Shown one piece after another: positions 39,801 through 53,695 of a DNA stretch of 56,887 nucleotides. The stretch spans positions 705,509-762,395 of the forward strand of contig NC_069006.1 in assembly GCF_001194135.2 (NCBI RefSeq), read 5' to 3'. Numbering within the stretch: position 1 is the stretch's first letter; each line of letters begins with the position of its first letter. A program made the translations under genes and the position numbers. The DNA comes from Octopus bimaculoides (lineage: Eukaryota). The notes under the pieces were generated by a model. The model saw nothing but the letters and a program-made list of their open reading frames with translations, was not told the origin of the DNA and did not search any database.

Positions 39801-40124
39801 ACTTTGAACTGGATGTGGATTTGTACCTGTGAAGCCAATTTCCTTCCCACACGTTCATAGCCAATGATCTGCATTTGGTGGGATTGGGAAGGGCTACACA
39901 AAGACCCACACCAATCCACCAGAAAATTGTGTCAGCAGATGGGATGCTCATGTGACACAATTGTCTGTCACCTCCACTAGATAAGTAAGGTCTAAGAGTA
40001 TGGATGCCATATGGTCTCCACAAAGGAGACAAAACAACCGCGCTCCTGTGTCTGTCAACCTCAGCTTGCTCTTTCAACATCAAGCCACTCATGCGTGTGT
40101 GCAAACAAAGGTCTTTTTTTTATG

Positions 40125-40745
40125 GGAAATGGTATCTTTATTTCAATATGAAGCTGAGTTAAGAATGATTTAATCCCAACAAGCAAGCTACACCACAAGT
40201 CAAGCCAGAGTTACATGGACATAAGACTATGACCTATGACTGGTGGGACTGGGAAAGCTAATCCACAATAAAATGCTTGAAAACAACCACAAAAGCAGAG
40301 GTCTGTGTTCAGCAAACGCTCTGGTTCAACGGGGCAATCCAGCTGGGGACATGGTGTGCTGCTTTTAACATGACAATGCTCACCCAAACATTACTAATTT
40401 GACCAAAAACGCTATTTAAGATCTCTGTTGGGAACTTCTACTACAGCCACCATATTCTTCTGGTATGGTGCCTTCAGATTGTCGCTTTCAATTGGTCGCT
40501 CACCAACAGTTTGGGAGGTGTTTCTTTTTAACGATGACATGGAGTTAAAAACATGGTTTGATGAATTCTTTGAGTCGAGACACAATGATTCATACTGTCA
40601 AAGCGTTGACAAGCTTGTGGAACATGGAACATTAGCAAGAAGTTGTGAAGAATGACAGAGAATATATTATTGACGGAGAATATATTATTGATGGAGAATA
40701 TATTGACAGAGAATATATTATTGACGGAGAATATATTATTGACTG
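40125..40745 (+). pseudogene. Degenerate mariner (DD34D-type) transposase, C-terminal catalytic half
   Basis: Frameshifted/stopped motifs KPELHGHKTM..WWDW, HDNAHPN..., W.LL.QPPYSSGMVPSD, KTWFDEFFES...KLVE and GEYIID correspond to mariner WWD, HDNARPH, PYSPDLAPSD and the C-terminus. Confidence 0.8.
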
Positions 40746-40951
40746 GTTTGTCAAAAATATTGATGAAAAATAGATGATAAAAGAAAAACAAGCAAATTTA
40801 ATCTAACAACCCAAGAAATGCATGCATGTATTTATATAAGCATGTGTATGCGATTATGTGTGCATGTATATGTATGACTGGAACCTGGTGCAGCTCTTTG
40901 GCTTACTAGTTCCAGTCAAACCGTCTAACCCATGCCAGCTAAATGATGATG

Positions 40952-40982
<31 letters not shown>

Positions 40983-40995
40983 GCACATGTGTGGT

Positions 40996-41039
<44 letters not shown>

Positions 41040-42849
41040 CATGTATGCCTATATACAATCACGTGCATATATGTATATGTAGCTTGCAGGGTGATAGAGT
41101 GGAATGAGAGCAAAGTCATGATCAGCCATTCAGGGTACGTAAGCGTAAATCTTTACCCCAAACGTGTGTAGATATATGTGTGTGTGTATAAACATATATG
41201 TGCATATATAGATATATGTATGTATGTGTATTCACATATTTACATTGATAAATAAGCTCATCTCTTCATCTGTCCATGTTTCTGTGTGTGGATGTATTTA
41301 CACACACACACACACACACACATGTATGTACAGTGCTATATGATGCTGGAGAGAGGAGGTGAAAGGTAGGGTGAGAAAGGATGTGGGTGGACACGGAAAG
41401 CCATCATCCCCTTCATCAGTCGAGGATTCTGGTGAGATGAGAATCCTAGCAACCACAGACAGGATTAGACATGTTCTTGACAATGTAGCAATCAATAGAA
41501 TCTTGTGTGAACACACAGACACACACACACAGATGCTCTGCGTAACACATCAAATGTACATTCATACAAATATACATTTGTATATCAAACAGATTTCATC
41601 TTTCTCATTCTATCTCACACACGCACACACAGCCACTCCTGTGCTTATATATATAAATATAAAATAATAAATGTTTCCTTCTTGAGCCATGCCAGGCTGA
41701 TGAGGGCCGGATTCCTGCTTTCAATGGGGTATATGTTCCCCCACCTGGATGGGGTGCCAGTCCTTTGCAGGATTATTTATTTTTGCCAGCTGAGTGAACT
41801 GGAGCAACGGGAAATGAAGAGATTAGCTCAAGAACAGAACAGACAGCCCGGTCCAGGAATCGAAACTGCAATCATATGATCATGAGTCCAACACACTAAC
41901 CACTAAGCCATGTGCCTCCACACACACATACACATACATACACACGCACATGCATACATGCACACACAGATATATACATATACATACATGCACACACAGA
42001 TATATACATATACATACATAAACACCCACAAATATATATACATCTTGCTTTTAGGCTCATCTCAATAGGTTTTCCATAGAATCCAGAGCCAGTACTGCAA
42101 GTTATATATATATATATAATGACTATATATATATATATATATATACACACAGTGTGTATGTGTGTATATATTTTGTGTGTATGCGTGGGAGAGAAAGAGA
42201 AGAAAAATAAATCTGAAGTGTTATCTTAGTCATTACTCAACAACGTAAACAACCACCAATACTGTGTTGGGGTGGTGGAGGGGTGGCTACATAAGGATGG
42301 GTGGAATGCAGGTGTGTTAAGGGTAGATAGGGTGTCCAAATATAGGAACAACAAGGGGCCAACTAACAAACTTCTTTTCTTCTAGTGGTGGTGGTGGCAC
42401 GAGAAAAGAAATGGTCTTGGTCGGTGGGAATGGCTGAACTAATAGACTCCTGTCGTGCCTGCAGAAGAATGAAAGACAAAGTCCACCTCTGCAAATTATA
42501 AACTCAGAACATAATAGCAGAATGTTTGCTAGATGTTACAAGATATTGCTGTCTACCATCCCCAAAATTACAGCCAATCTTCAGCAATAACAACAAGGAT
42601 GAAGAATCTGACTCCAATTCAAGTTCTGTCATTCATTCATTTACACATCATCATCATCGTTTAACATCCGTTTTCCATGCTGGCATGGGTTGGACGGTTT
42701 CAATGAGGACTGGTGAACCAGATGGCCGCACCAGGTGGCTGCAGCAGGCTTCAACTTGATCTGGCAGAGTTTCTACAGCCGGATGCCCTTCCTAATGCCA
42801 ACCACTCAGAGTGTAGTGGGTGGTTTTTACATGCCACTGGCATTGGCTA

Positions 42850-43451
42850 CATTTGGATGGTGCTTTTTACGTGCCATCATGCTGGTTTTGATGAGAAACT
42901 CATGAGTGAGGAGAGCTTGGCAACATGGTGCATTATCGCCATGAAGGACCCAATTCTTTGAGGACTTTAGGATTGCCTGCACCACGGACCTGTATGACAG
43001 ACCAACAATATCAGAAATGTCCTCATGCACAAACTGATGAATTTTCTCCACATTTCTGAAGGGGTTGCTCATGGCAGGACTTCCAGATCACTCATCATTT
43101 TTCAGGGACCTTCTTCTGCTTTTGCCCTAACCACTCAAAACATTGTATATAACCCATTGCCTCATTGCTGTAGGCTTGCTGAAGCATTCTCAATGTCTCT
43201 GTAGCAGATTTCCCAAGTTTAATGCCAAATTTCCTGTTGGCTCTGTTCCAACTTCCTGGCCATGACAAAAATCACAGAGTACAACATATATGTAACCACA
43301 AAAACACAAATTGCAAAGTAAACAGAGTGATGTCACTCAGCACATTGCCTCATAAAAGTCACTGCTAGCTCTCACTGTGCATGCAACCGTGTGCTGCCAT
43401 CTATAAGCGTGCTACAAAACTAGTCCCGAAACTTTTTGATATCACCTCATA
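42850..43451 (-). mobile_element. Internally deleted mariner element with one terminal inverted repeat
   Basis: Minus-strand peptides VEKIHQFVHED...GLSYRSVVQAIL and WVLHGDNAPC. The end at 43420-43451 reads TATGAGGTGATATCAAAAAGTTTCGGGACTAG on the minus strand, a mariner-like TIR. Confidence 0.7.
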
Positions 43452-44080
43452 CAAATGTGTCTGGTTTTGGGATGACAACAGCATTAACTACAACAACCAC
43501 TTTTGTATTTCATACTGGATGTTGTTAACAAATATGGAGCCAGTACTCTCTCATATACATACATTCATACATACACTCACACACACACTGAAACTCAAAC
43601 TTGCACTCCACTGGATGCGATGAGTGCTCTAGCTGACCTGATCAATGGAACAGCCTGCTCATGAGATTAAATTAAAAGTGGCTGAGCATTCCACAGACAT
43701 GCATACCATAACATAGTTCTCAGGGAGATTCAGTGTGACAGGGAATGTAACAAGGCCGGCCCTTTGCAAAACAGGCACAGCTCATTTTTGCCAGCTGAGT
43801 GGACTGGAGCAATGGGAAATAAACAGCCTTGCTCAAGGACACAACATGTTGCTTACATGCTTCTCCTACATGTTTAATTAAGTAAATCATATATAAACTG
43901 AAACATGCACAGTGAAAAATAAATAACAGCAACATTTTTTTCCAATCTCCTGTTTTTACATACAAAAATTGTCAGAAATTACAGAGTGGCTCAAGGGCCG
44001 ACAGTTTCATGCATTGGCATTCACTAAACCTCTCTTTATGTATACACATACACTGTAAATACTAATAGACATTTTATATA

Positions 44081-44345
44081 TATTGGGTTGGTGTATATAA
44101 TTATTGTGGCTTTTTTTTAACAAATTTTATTTAACAAAACCAATAACCACATTTTACAAAAACATCTTTAAATGACGGTCTGACCGTCTGCCAAGCAGAT
44201 GGGAAGCAGTAATTGAAGTAGATGGTGAATATGCTCCAGAATAATCGTTTAGAGATTTAGAAATGCTTTTGTTACATGTTGTTATTGTTTTTGTTGAATA
44301 AAATTTGTTGAAAAAAAGCCACAATGATTATGCACCAACCCAATA
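44081..44345 (+). mobile_element. Mariner-derived non-autonomous element (MITE-like)
   Basis: ~60-bp TIRs TATTGGGTTGGTG.../...CACCAACCCAATA. The interior keeps the transposase C-terminus DRLPSRWEAVIEVDGEYAPE* (44182-44244). Confidence 0.8.
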
Positions 44346-44446
44346 TATAAATATATATATATATATAATTGCACACACACACACACATATATATGTATGT
44401 ATGTATGCATATGTGCATAGTGTATATATATGTATATATTACTATG

Positions 44447-44816
44447 GCACTCCATCAGTTACAACAACAAGGGTTGCAATTAATCCAATCAATGAAATAG
44501 CCTACTTGTGAAATTAACGGAGCTGAGCACTCCACAGACACGTGTACCCTGAACGTAGTTCTTGGGAAGATTCAGCGTGACACAGTGTGACAACGATGGC
44601 CCTTTAAAATACAGGTACAACAGAAACAGGAAGAAAGAGTAAGAGAAAGTTGTGGTGAAAGAGTTACTGTAGGGTTCGCCCCCGCCCCCTGCTGGAGCCT
44701 CATGGAGATTTTAAGTGTTTTTGCTCAATAAACACAACGCCCAGTCTGGGAAATGAAACTGCGATCCTATGATCATGAGTCCACTGCCCTAACCACTGGG
44801 CCATTGCACCTCTACA
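44447..44816 (-). mobile_element. tRNA-derived SINE, family B, near full length
   Basis: Reverse complement of 11456-11836 over its whole length. Confidence 0.8.
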
Positions 44817-45862
44817 CATGTATATATATATGTATAATGTATATATGTGCATACACACACGCACACACACACATATACTGCAAACACATGTATACACACA
44901 TGCATACACATATACTATACACACCCAAATATATATATACACACACACACACAGATATGTAGCTATACACACCAAAGCACACATGCACACTTATATACAG
45001 AAGTTAATAATTGTGGGTAAGTTCATATTCTGCTGGCAGGAATGGAATGCAATCTTTCAGAGGCAGTACTTATGCCTTTGAGGAGGAGATAAAACCATAC
45101 CCCNNNNNNNNNNNNNNNNNNNNNNNNNNNNNNNNNNNNNNNNNNNNNNNNNNNNNNNNNNNNNNNNNNNNNNNNNNNNNNNNNNNNNNNNNNNNNNNNN
45201 NNNNNNNNNNNNNNNNNNNNNNNNNNNNNNNNNNNNNNNNNNNNNNNNNNNNNNNNNNNNNNNNNNNNNNNNNNNNNNNNNNNNNNNNNNNNNNNNNNNN
45301 NNNNNNNNNNNNNNNNNNNNNNNNNNNNNNNNNNNNNNNNNNNNNNNNNNNNNNNNNNNNNNNNNNNNNNNNNNNNNNNNNNNNNNNNNNNNNNNNNNNN
45401 NNNNNNNNNNNNNNNNNNNNNNNNNNNNNNNNNNNNNNNNNNNNNNNNNNNNNNNNNNNNNNNNNNNNNNNNNNNNNNNNNNNNNNNNNNNNNNNNNNNN
45501 NNNNNNNNNNNNNNNNNNNNNNNNNNNNNNNNNNNNNNNNNNNNNNNNNNNNNNNNNNNNNNNNNNNNNNNNNNNNNNNNNNNNNNNNNNNNNNNNNNNN
45601 NNNNNNNNNNNNNNNNNNNNNNNNNNNNNNNNNNNNNNNNNNNNNNNNNNNNNNNNNNNNNNNNNNNNNNNNNNNNNNNNNNNNNNNNNNNNNNNNNNNN
45701 NNNNNNNNNNNNNNNNNNNNNNNNNNNNNNNNNNNNNNNNNNNNNNNNNNNNNNNNNNNNNNNNNNNNNNCTCCTTCATTACTCTTCCCCACCTCACCCC
45801 CATAGTTACACACACACACCTATGCCTGAGCATATATATGTATTTATATATCTATATCTATA

Positions 45863-45898
<36 letters not shown>

Positions 45899-46013
45899 TA
45901 CATATGAATACTATCTATCTATCTTTAGATGCACATAATTACACACACAAGCATTCTCTCTAAGTGGGGGAGAGAAAGACAGACAGACATAAAGATAAAT
46001 AGGTAGACACCTC

Positions 46014-46075
<62 letters not shown>

Positions 46076-47998
46076 TAATATACATACCCATGTATATGTA
46101 CAAACACATATAGATACATATTTGTACTCGTATATGCATGCACATGTGCACACATTTATGCTTACAGATGAAAGAGTACTCCAATACATGACAGAGAGTA
46201 TATATCCTATTAGGGATCACTTGTAGCTCCATTGCTACTCTGTGTACACACCTGTTGCCGAGGCACAAGTAATCAAGCAAGAATATATTATGCATTGATG
46301 NNNNNNNNNNNNNNNNNNNNNNNNNNNNNNNNNNNNNNNNNNNNNNNNNNNNNNNNNNNNNNNNNNNNNNNNNNNNNNNNNNNNNNNNNNNNNNNNNNNN
46401 NNNNNNNNNNNNNNNNNNNNNNNNNNNNNNNNNNNNNNNNNNNNNNNNNNNNNNNNNNNNNNNNNNNNNNNNNNNNNNNNNNNNNNNNNNNNNNNNNNNN
46501 NNNNNNNNNNNNNNNNNNNNNNNNNNNNNNNNNNNNNNNNNNNNNNNNNNNNNNNNNNNNNNNNNNNNNNNNNNNNNNNNNNNNNNNNNNNNNNNNNNNN
46601 NNNNNNNNNNNNNNNNNNNNNNNNNNNNNNNNNNNNNNNNNNNNNNNNNNNNNNNNNNNNNNNNNNNNNNNNNNNNNNNNNNNNNNNNNNNNNNNNNNNN
46701 NNNNNNNNNNNNNNNNNNNNNNNNNNNNNNNNNNNNNNNNNNNNNNNNNNNNNNNNNNNNNNNNNNNNNNNNNNNNNNNNNNNNNNNNNNNNNNNNNNNN
46801 NNNNNNNNNNNNNNNNNNNNNNNNNNNNNNNNNNNNNNNNNNNNNNNNNNNNNNNNNNNNNNNNNNNNNNNNNNNNNNNNNNNNNNNNNNNNNNNNNNNN
46901 NNNNNNNNNNNNNNNNNNNNNNNNNNNNNNNNNNNNNNNNNNNNNNNNNNNNNNNNNNNNNNNNNNNNNNNNNNNNNNNNNNNNNNNNNNNNNNNNNNNN
47001 NNNNNNNNNNNNNNNNNNNNNNNNNNNNNNNNNNNNNNNNNNNNNNNNNNNNNNNNNNNNNNNNNNNNNNNNNNNNNNNNNNNNNNNNNNNNNNNNNNNN
47101 NNNNNNNNNNNNNNNNNNNNNNNNNNNNNNNNNNNNNNNNNNNNNNNNNNNNNNNNNNNNNNNNNNNNNNNNNNNNNNNNNNNNNNNNNNNNNNNNNNNN
47201 NNNNNNNNNNNNNNNNNNNNNNNNNNNNNNNNNNNNNNNATATATATATATATACATCATCATCATCATCATCATCGTTTAACGTCCGCTTTCCATGCTA
47301 GCATGGGTTGGACGATTTGACTGAGGACTGGTGAAACCGGATGGCAACACCATATATATATGCTGGCAGTGATGAATAGCTTTGAAATAACAAGACACAC
47401 TGGTGACTCTAGAAATGCAGGAGATTTTCTCAAAATCAGATTAGTTTTGCATTGACAGAACTAATTATTCGTCAATTTAATCTTGACAACCTTATAATTC
47501 ATATTTCACAAATGACATCCAACTCCGTTGCGACTTCTCTGAAAAGATAAAAGGCAAAATTGTGTCGGAGTGTTTTGGGGGGAAAAAAAACGAAAAAGCC
47601 TTGCAAGATTTTATAATCTTGTGTTCAAACATTGCTATTGTTAGCTTCATCTCTCATCCTTTCAGGGTCAGTAAAGTACCAGTCAGATACTGGGGAAACA
47701 GGAGGGGGCAAGGTCCATGGCATTAACTAATATTTTCCTCTTGATATTGTTAGCCTAATGCTCAAAGAGGGAACAATTACTGGATACATTCTTTTATTTG
47801 TTTCAGTAATTTGACCGCGGCCATGCTGGAGCACCACCTTTAGTTGAACAAATCGACCCCAAGACTTATTAAGCCTAGTACTTATTCTATCAGTCTCTTC
47901 TGCTGAACCACTATGTTATGGGGATGTAAACACACCAACATCAGTTGTCAAGCGATAGTGAGGGGACAAACAGACACACAAATATATGCATATACATA

Positions 47999-48031
<33 letters not shown>

Positions 48032-51000
48032 NNNNNNNNNNAAAGCACACATGCACACTTATATACAGAAGTTAATAATTGTGGGTAAGTTCATATTCTG
48101 CTGGCAGGAATGGAATGCAATCTTTCAGAGGCAGTACTTATGCCTTTGAGGAGGAGATAAAACCATACCCCACCCCCACCCCTATTTATATACACACACA
48201 CACACACACACACACATACACACACCAGTATGTGCATAGTAACTGCATTATGTACACACACCCAACCACGTACTGACATACATGATGTATACATACATCG
48301 CACATACACACATGCGAGCAGCACACACACATGTATCTGTCTTGTATATGTGTACAAGACTCTCCCACCACCACCACCACCCATTCTGTCTTCCATCCNN
48401 NNNNNNNNNNNNNNNNNNNNNNNNNNNNNNNNNNNNNNNNNNNNNNNNNNNNNNNNNNNNNNNNNNNNNNNNNNNNNNNNNNNNNNNNNNNNNNNNNNNN
48501 NNNNNNNNNNNNNNNNNNNNNNNNNNNNNNNNNNNNNNNNNNNNNNNNNNNNNNNNNNNNNNNNNNNNNNNNNNNNNNNNNNNNNNNNNNNNNNNNNNNN
48601 NNNNNNNNNNNNNNNNNNNNNNNNNNNNNNNNNNNNNNNNNNNNNNNNNNNNNNNNNNNNNNNNNNNNNNNNNNNNNNNNNNNNNNNNNNNNNNNNNNNN
48701 NNNNNNNNNNNNNNNNNNNATTAGGGATCACTTGTAGCTCCATTGCTACTCTGTGTACACACCTGTTTCCTAGGCACAAGTAATCAAGCAAGAATATATT
48801 ATGCATTGATGAAAGAAGCTATATATATGTCCAATATGTAACAGCTAATTTTTTCTGTTTTAGTCAGTGGATTACGACCATGCTGGGACATCACCTTGAA
48901 GGATTTTAATTTAAAAAAATCCATTTCGGTAATAATTTATTTTTTTCAAAGTCTGGTACTTATTCGATCATTTCCTTTTGCCAAACTGTTAGGTTACTGG
49001 GATGTAAACAAACCAACACCGGTTGTCAAACAGTTGTGGAGCTGTCTCGCAAGGTGTTGTGCTGATTATTTCTTCACGTTGTTTGGAATTAATCATGCAT
49101 TATCTCGTTGCTTTGAGTCTTTGAAGATGTAACTATTTATCTTTAGAATGACATTGTAGAGTAGGTGTGAAAGGCTGGATCTGGCCAGTTTCAACATAAA
49201 ACAAAATAGAATATTTGGGTCATCAGATTAGGCCAGTTTAAATGCTAAGAGGTTAACAAAGGAATAGTGAGTGTCTCACTGCTTTGAAACTTGGAAAATC
49301 TTATACTCGAGGGATGAACAAGTTATCAAATTGTAGGGATTATAGGATCAATAACGAGGGGAAATATTATTTGATTAAATACATCAATTAAAATCAAAGC
49401 AGCATTTATTTCTTCCCCATCCTGAAATGTGGAGGACTTTCTTTCCAAACTTATATATATATATATATNNNNNNNNNNNNNNNNNNNNNNNNNNNNNNNN
49501 NNNNNNNNNNNNNNNNNNNNNNNNNNNNNNNNNNNNNNNNNNNNNNNNNNNNNNNNNNNNNNNNNNNNNNNNNNNNNNNNNNNNNNNNNNNNNNNNNNNN
49601 NNNNNNNNNNNNNNNNNNNNNNNNNNNNNNNNNNNNNNNNNNNNNNNNNNNNNNNNNNNNNNNNNNNNNNNNNNNNNNNNNNNNNNNNNNNNNNNNNNNN
49701 NNNNNNNNNNNNNNNNNNNNNNNNNNNNNNNNNNNNNNNNNNNNNNNNNNNNNNNNNNNNNNNNNNNNNNNNNNNNNNNNNNNNNNNNNNNNNNNNNNNN
49801 NNNNNNNNNNNNNNNNNNNNNNNNNNNNNNNNNNNNNNNNNNNNNNNNNNNNNNNNNNNNNNNNNNNNNNNNNNNNNNNNNNNNNNNNNNNNNNNNNNNN
49901 NNNNNNNNNNNNNNNNNNNNNNNNNNNNNNNNNNNNNNNNNNNNNNNNNNNNNNNNNNNNNNNNNNNNNNNNNNNNNNNNNNNNNNNNNNNNNNNNNNNN
50001 NNNNNNNNNNNNNNNNNNNNNNNNNNNNNNNNNNNNNNNNNNNNNNNNNNNNNNNNNNNNNNNNNNNNNNNNNNNNNNNNNNNNNNNNNNNNNNNNNNNN
50101 NNNNNNNNNNNNNNNNNNNNNNNNNNNNNNNNNNNNNNNNNNNNNNNNNNNNNNNNNNNNNNNNNNNNNNNNNNNNNNNNNNNNNNNNNNNNNNNNNNNN
50201 NNNNNNNNNNNNNNNNNNNNNNNNNNNNNNNNNNNNNNNNNNNNNNNNNNNNNNNNNNNNNNNNNNNNNNNNNNNNNNNNNNNNNNNNNNNNNNNNNNNN
50301 NNNNNNNNNNNNNNNNNNNNNNNNNNNNNNNNNNNNNNNNNNNNNNNNNNNNNNNNNNNNNNNNNNNNNNNNNNNNNNNNNNNNNNNNNNNNNNNNNNNN
50401 NNNNATATATATATATATATATATAATACAAGTAATATGTGAGTATATGCATATATACGTACAGGTATGTACATACCTTCATCTACATGTATATATAGAT
50501 GCATATCTGGGTACAGGACGTTGCAAAAAAACGTGGACAAAATGAGAAACAGAACATAAACAGAGCACAGAAAACACACATGCCATATAGAGAACATTTC
50601 CTTCATCAACTGCCACCATTCTAAAACTAAGTGTTTCGACACAGTTTTAGAATGGTGGCAACCAAATCTCTCTGAGCAGATTTAGCAGATGGAAACCGAA
50701 AGAAGCCCCTCATATATACATTTATCTATGTGTCTTTGTGTCTGTGTTCGTCCCCCAGCACTGCGTGACAACCGGTGTTGGTTTGTTTACATCCCTGTAA
50801 CCTAGCAGCATGGCAAAAAGGGCATGATGGAACAAGTACTACACTTAAAATAGAAGTCCTGGAGTGAATTCATTCAACTAAAAATTCGTCAAGGTGGTGC
50901 CCCAGCATGGCCACAGTCTAATGACTAAAACAGATAGGAGATATCTCCACTAACCATCACCACCACCATCATCATCATCATAACAATCATCAGCTCCATT

Positions 51001-52159
51001 CCTCCCCTCACTGTCTTAACAGTCACCATCATCACCAACACCACCCCCACTGTCCCTGCTACCACCACCACCACAATGACCACTGCTGTCATCATCATCA
51101 TCATCACTATCATGGCCATAACCATCATCATCATTAGCAGCCCCCATTGCCATTATACCAGTACTTTACCATCATGGCACAAGTCTATATAATCAATAAG
51201 AAATCCACTTAGGGAAATGGAAATAATGAAGTGTGTGTGTAGATGTGTGTAGAGTTATGTACTGGAATATACATACATACATGTGTATGCACGTGTGTGT
51301 GCGTGTGTGTATTTGTATATACATGAGAATAATTACGTCTAAAAAACATCCCCTTTTCATTCATCAGAATGTATATGATTATATATGTATATATATATTT
51401 ATATATATATATATATAAAGAGAGATATGTCTGCACATTATACAAACACATAAACAAACATATATATAATTTATAAATATAAAATATAAATATATATACA
51501 TGCACACACACACACACATACACATCCATACATATACATATATAAACAATATATAAAGATAAAATATAAATATATATATATATATACATCCGCATATATA
51601 CATACATACTATATAAAAATATATATACATCCACACACACATACATAGTATGTAAAAATAAAATATATATATACACATCCACACATATACATCTATAGTA
51701 TATAGAAATAAAATATAAATGTACAAGCTCATCCATACATATACATACATATATAAATAAGGAAAATGGACGTTAAATAATGATGACGATGATGATGATG
51801 ATGATACATCAACACACACACACACATGTACAGTATAAAAAAACGAAATGATCTCCACTGCCAGATCTACAACAACTAGAGCCTCTACCACCACCACTAT
51901 TAATACTACTACCTATACCAATCCACTAAAAGCAGATATACAGCTGTACCTAGATTATTAGAGTATTTACCGTTTTAATAAGTGGCACCAATGAACAGCA
52001 GCTGTACCACCACCACCACCAGTTGTAGTAGTCGTGGTGGTATTAATGGTAGTATTATTAAAAGTGATGGTTGTGGTGGTAGTAGTAGCAGTAGCAACAA
52101 TTATGTAAGTAGTAGTATCAGCAGTAGTGGTGGTGGTGTTACTTATAATACTATAATAT

Positions 52160-52195
<36 letters not shown>

Positions 52196-52603
52196 GTTTC
52201 ACATGTTGGCACATGGGCAGCAATACTGGGGAAGGGGACAAGTTGATTATATCGACCCCAGTGTTTCACAGATAATTTATTGACCCTGAAAGGATGAAAG
52301 GCGAAGTCGACCTCGGCTGAATTTGACCTCAGAACTTAGCGGCAGACAAAACACCACTCAAGCCCACCATATCCAACCAAAATATTCTCCCTGTTTTATG
52401 TCAAATCAGCTAAATTCTGGCTTTTCACACCTACCCTACAATGTCATTCTAAAAACAAGCAATCGCAACATTGAAATCTCAAAGCTACAAGACATGATTA
52501 ATTGAAAACTGTGCAAATAAATATTACATTTAATAGAGTAATCTGAATGGGTTAAAGGGTTAAAATAAAAGATTGATATATATTTGAAACAGTTTCATAA
52601 TCT

Positions 52604-52916
52604 TATTGCTGTATTTGGGGATGATCATGTTGCCAGTTTAGTCAATAAAAACACACACACTATATGTTTGGTGTTAATTTGCTTCAGCTTTATTTTATTT
52701 TTTACATTAATCGTGTGATCGTTAGTAAGGAAAGACACACAAATAAGAAAGAAGAAAGCAAAGGACCACTGATGAGGTCACAGAAGTGTGACAAAAGAAC
52801 TCTGGCTGAAATACGATTAATATAAAATAAAGCTGAAGCAAATTAACACCAAACATATAGTGCGTTTGTTTTTATTGGCTAAACTGGCAACATGACCATC
52901 CCCTAAAACAACAATA
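52604..52916. mobile_element. Foldback element (~105-bp inverted arms) with hammerhead-like core
   Basis: Arms 52604-52714 and 52813-52916 are reverse complements. The spacer contains CTGATGA-gGTCACagaagtGTGAC-aAAA. Confidence 0.7.
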
Positions 52917-53426
52917 TCTGTTTCAACACACAATTTCACATCAAGAATCTTGCAAAATGAATATATAAACGTAAGTTTAATAATATTTTGGTATTAACCC
53001 ACTTGAGACTATCCTTGCTTCTCTGATGCAAACTTCCTGTTTTAAAAGTGATCTAAATTAAAATTTCATATCAAGTAATATGCCAAACACCGGTTAAGTA
53101 AATGACGAAACTTTATTTCATTAGATTATTCTTTTATTTTTAAAATTTAATTGAAATAGAGGGGAGAATATCGACAGAGATATGATATCGAAAGGGTGAA
53201 TATATATTAAAAAAAAAGTATTTTATTGCTGATTAAAATATTTAAAAGTTGATGATGGATGAGGAGGCAGAGATAGACAACGTTTGGACAGGTGGATAAA
53301 GAGATAGGAGGAGAGACAGGTGGATAAAGAGATAGGAGGAGAGACAGGTGGATAGATTGGTTAGTCAACATCATAAGGGGGCACAGGGCCAGTTTCCAAC
53401 AGTAGAAGTGTGTAGGTTATTGACTG

Positions 53427-53695
53427 CAGTGGTTTTCAACAGGGCTCCATATGGCCTCTGAGGGTCCACAAAACAATACAGTAAATTGGGGATCCACAGT
53501 AATATTCTACGGGGCCCCTGGAAAAAAAGTTTGCTTAAGATGTGCATATTCGTATGTATTGCAAGAAACAGCTGGGTTTCTTTTTCTCTAATTTGACATA
53601 GATCAGACTAACACAAATTAATACATGAAAAAAACAAAATAGGAGTTTTGAAAGAAGTATCTATAAAACTAGTTTTTAAACATTGAATGGCTGTT
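53427..53695 (+). mobile_element. Possible hAT-type non-autonomous element end
   Basis: Starts CAGTGGTTTTCAAC, resembling hAT/Charlie TIRs. The other end is lost in a gap. Confidence 0.3.
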
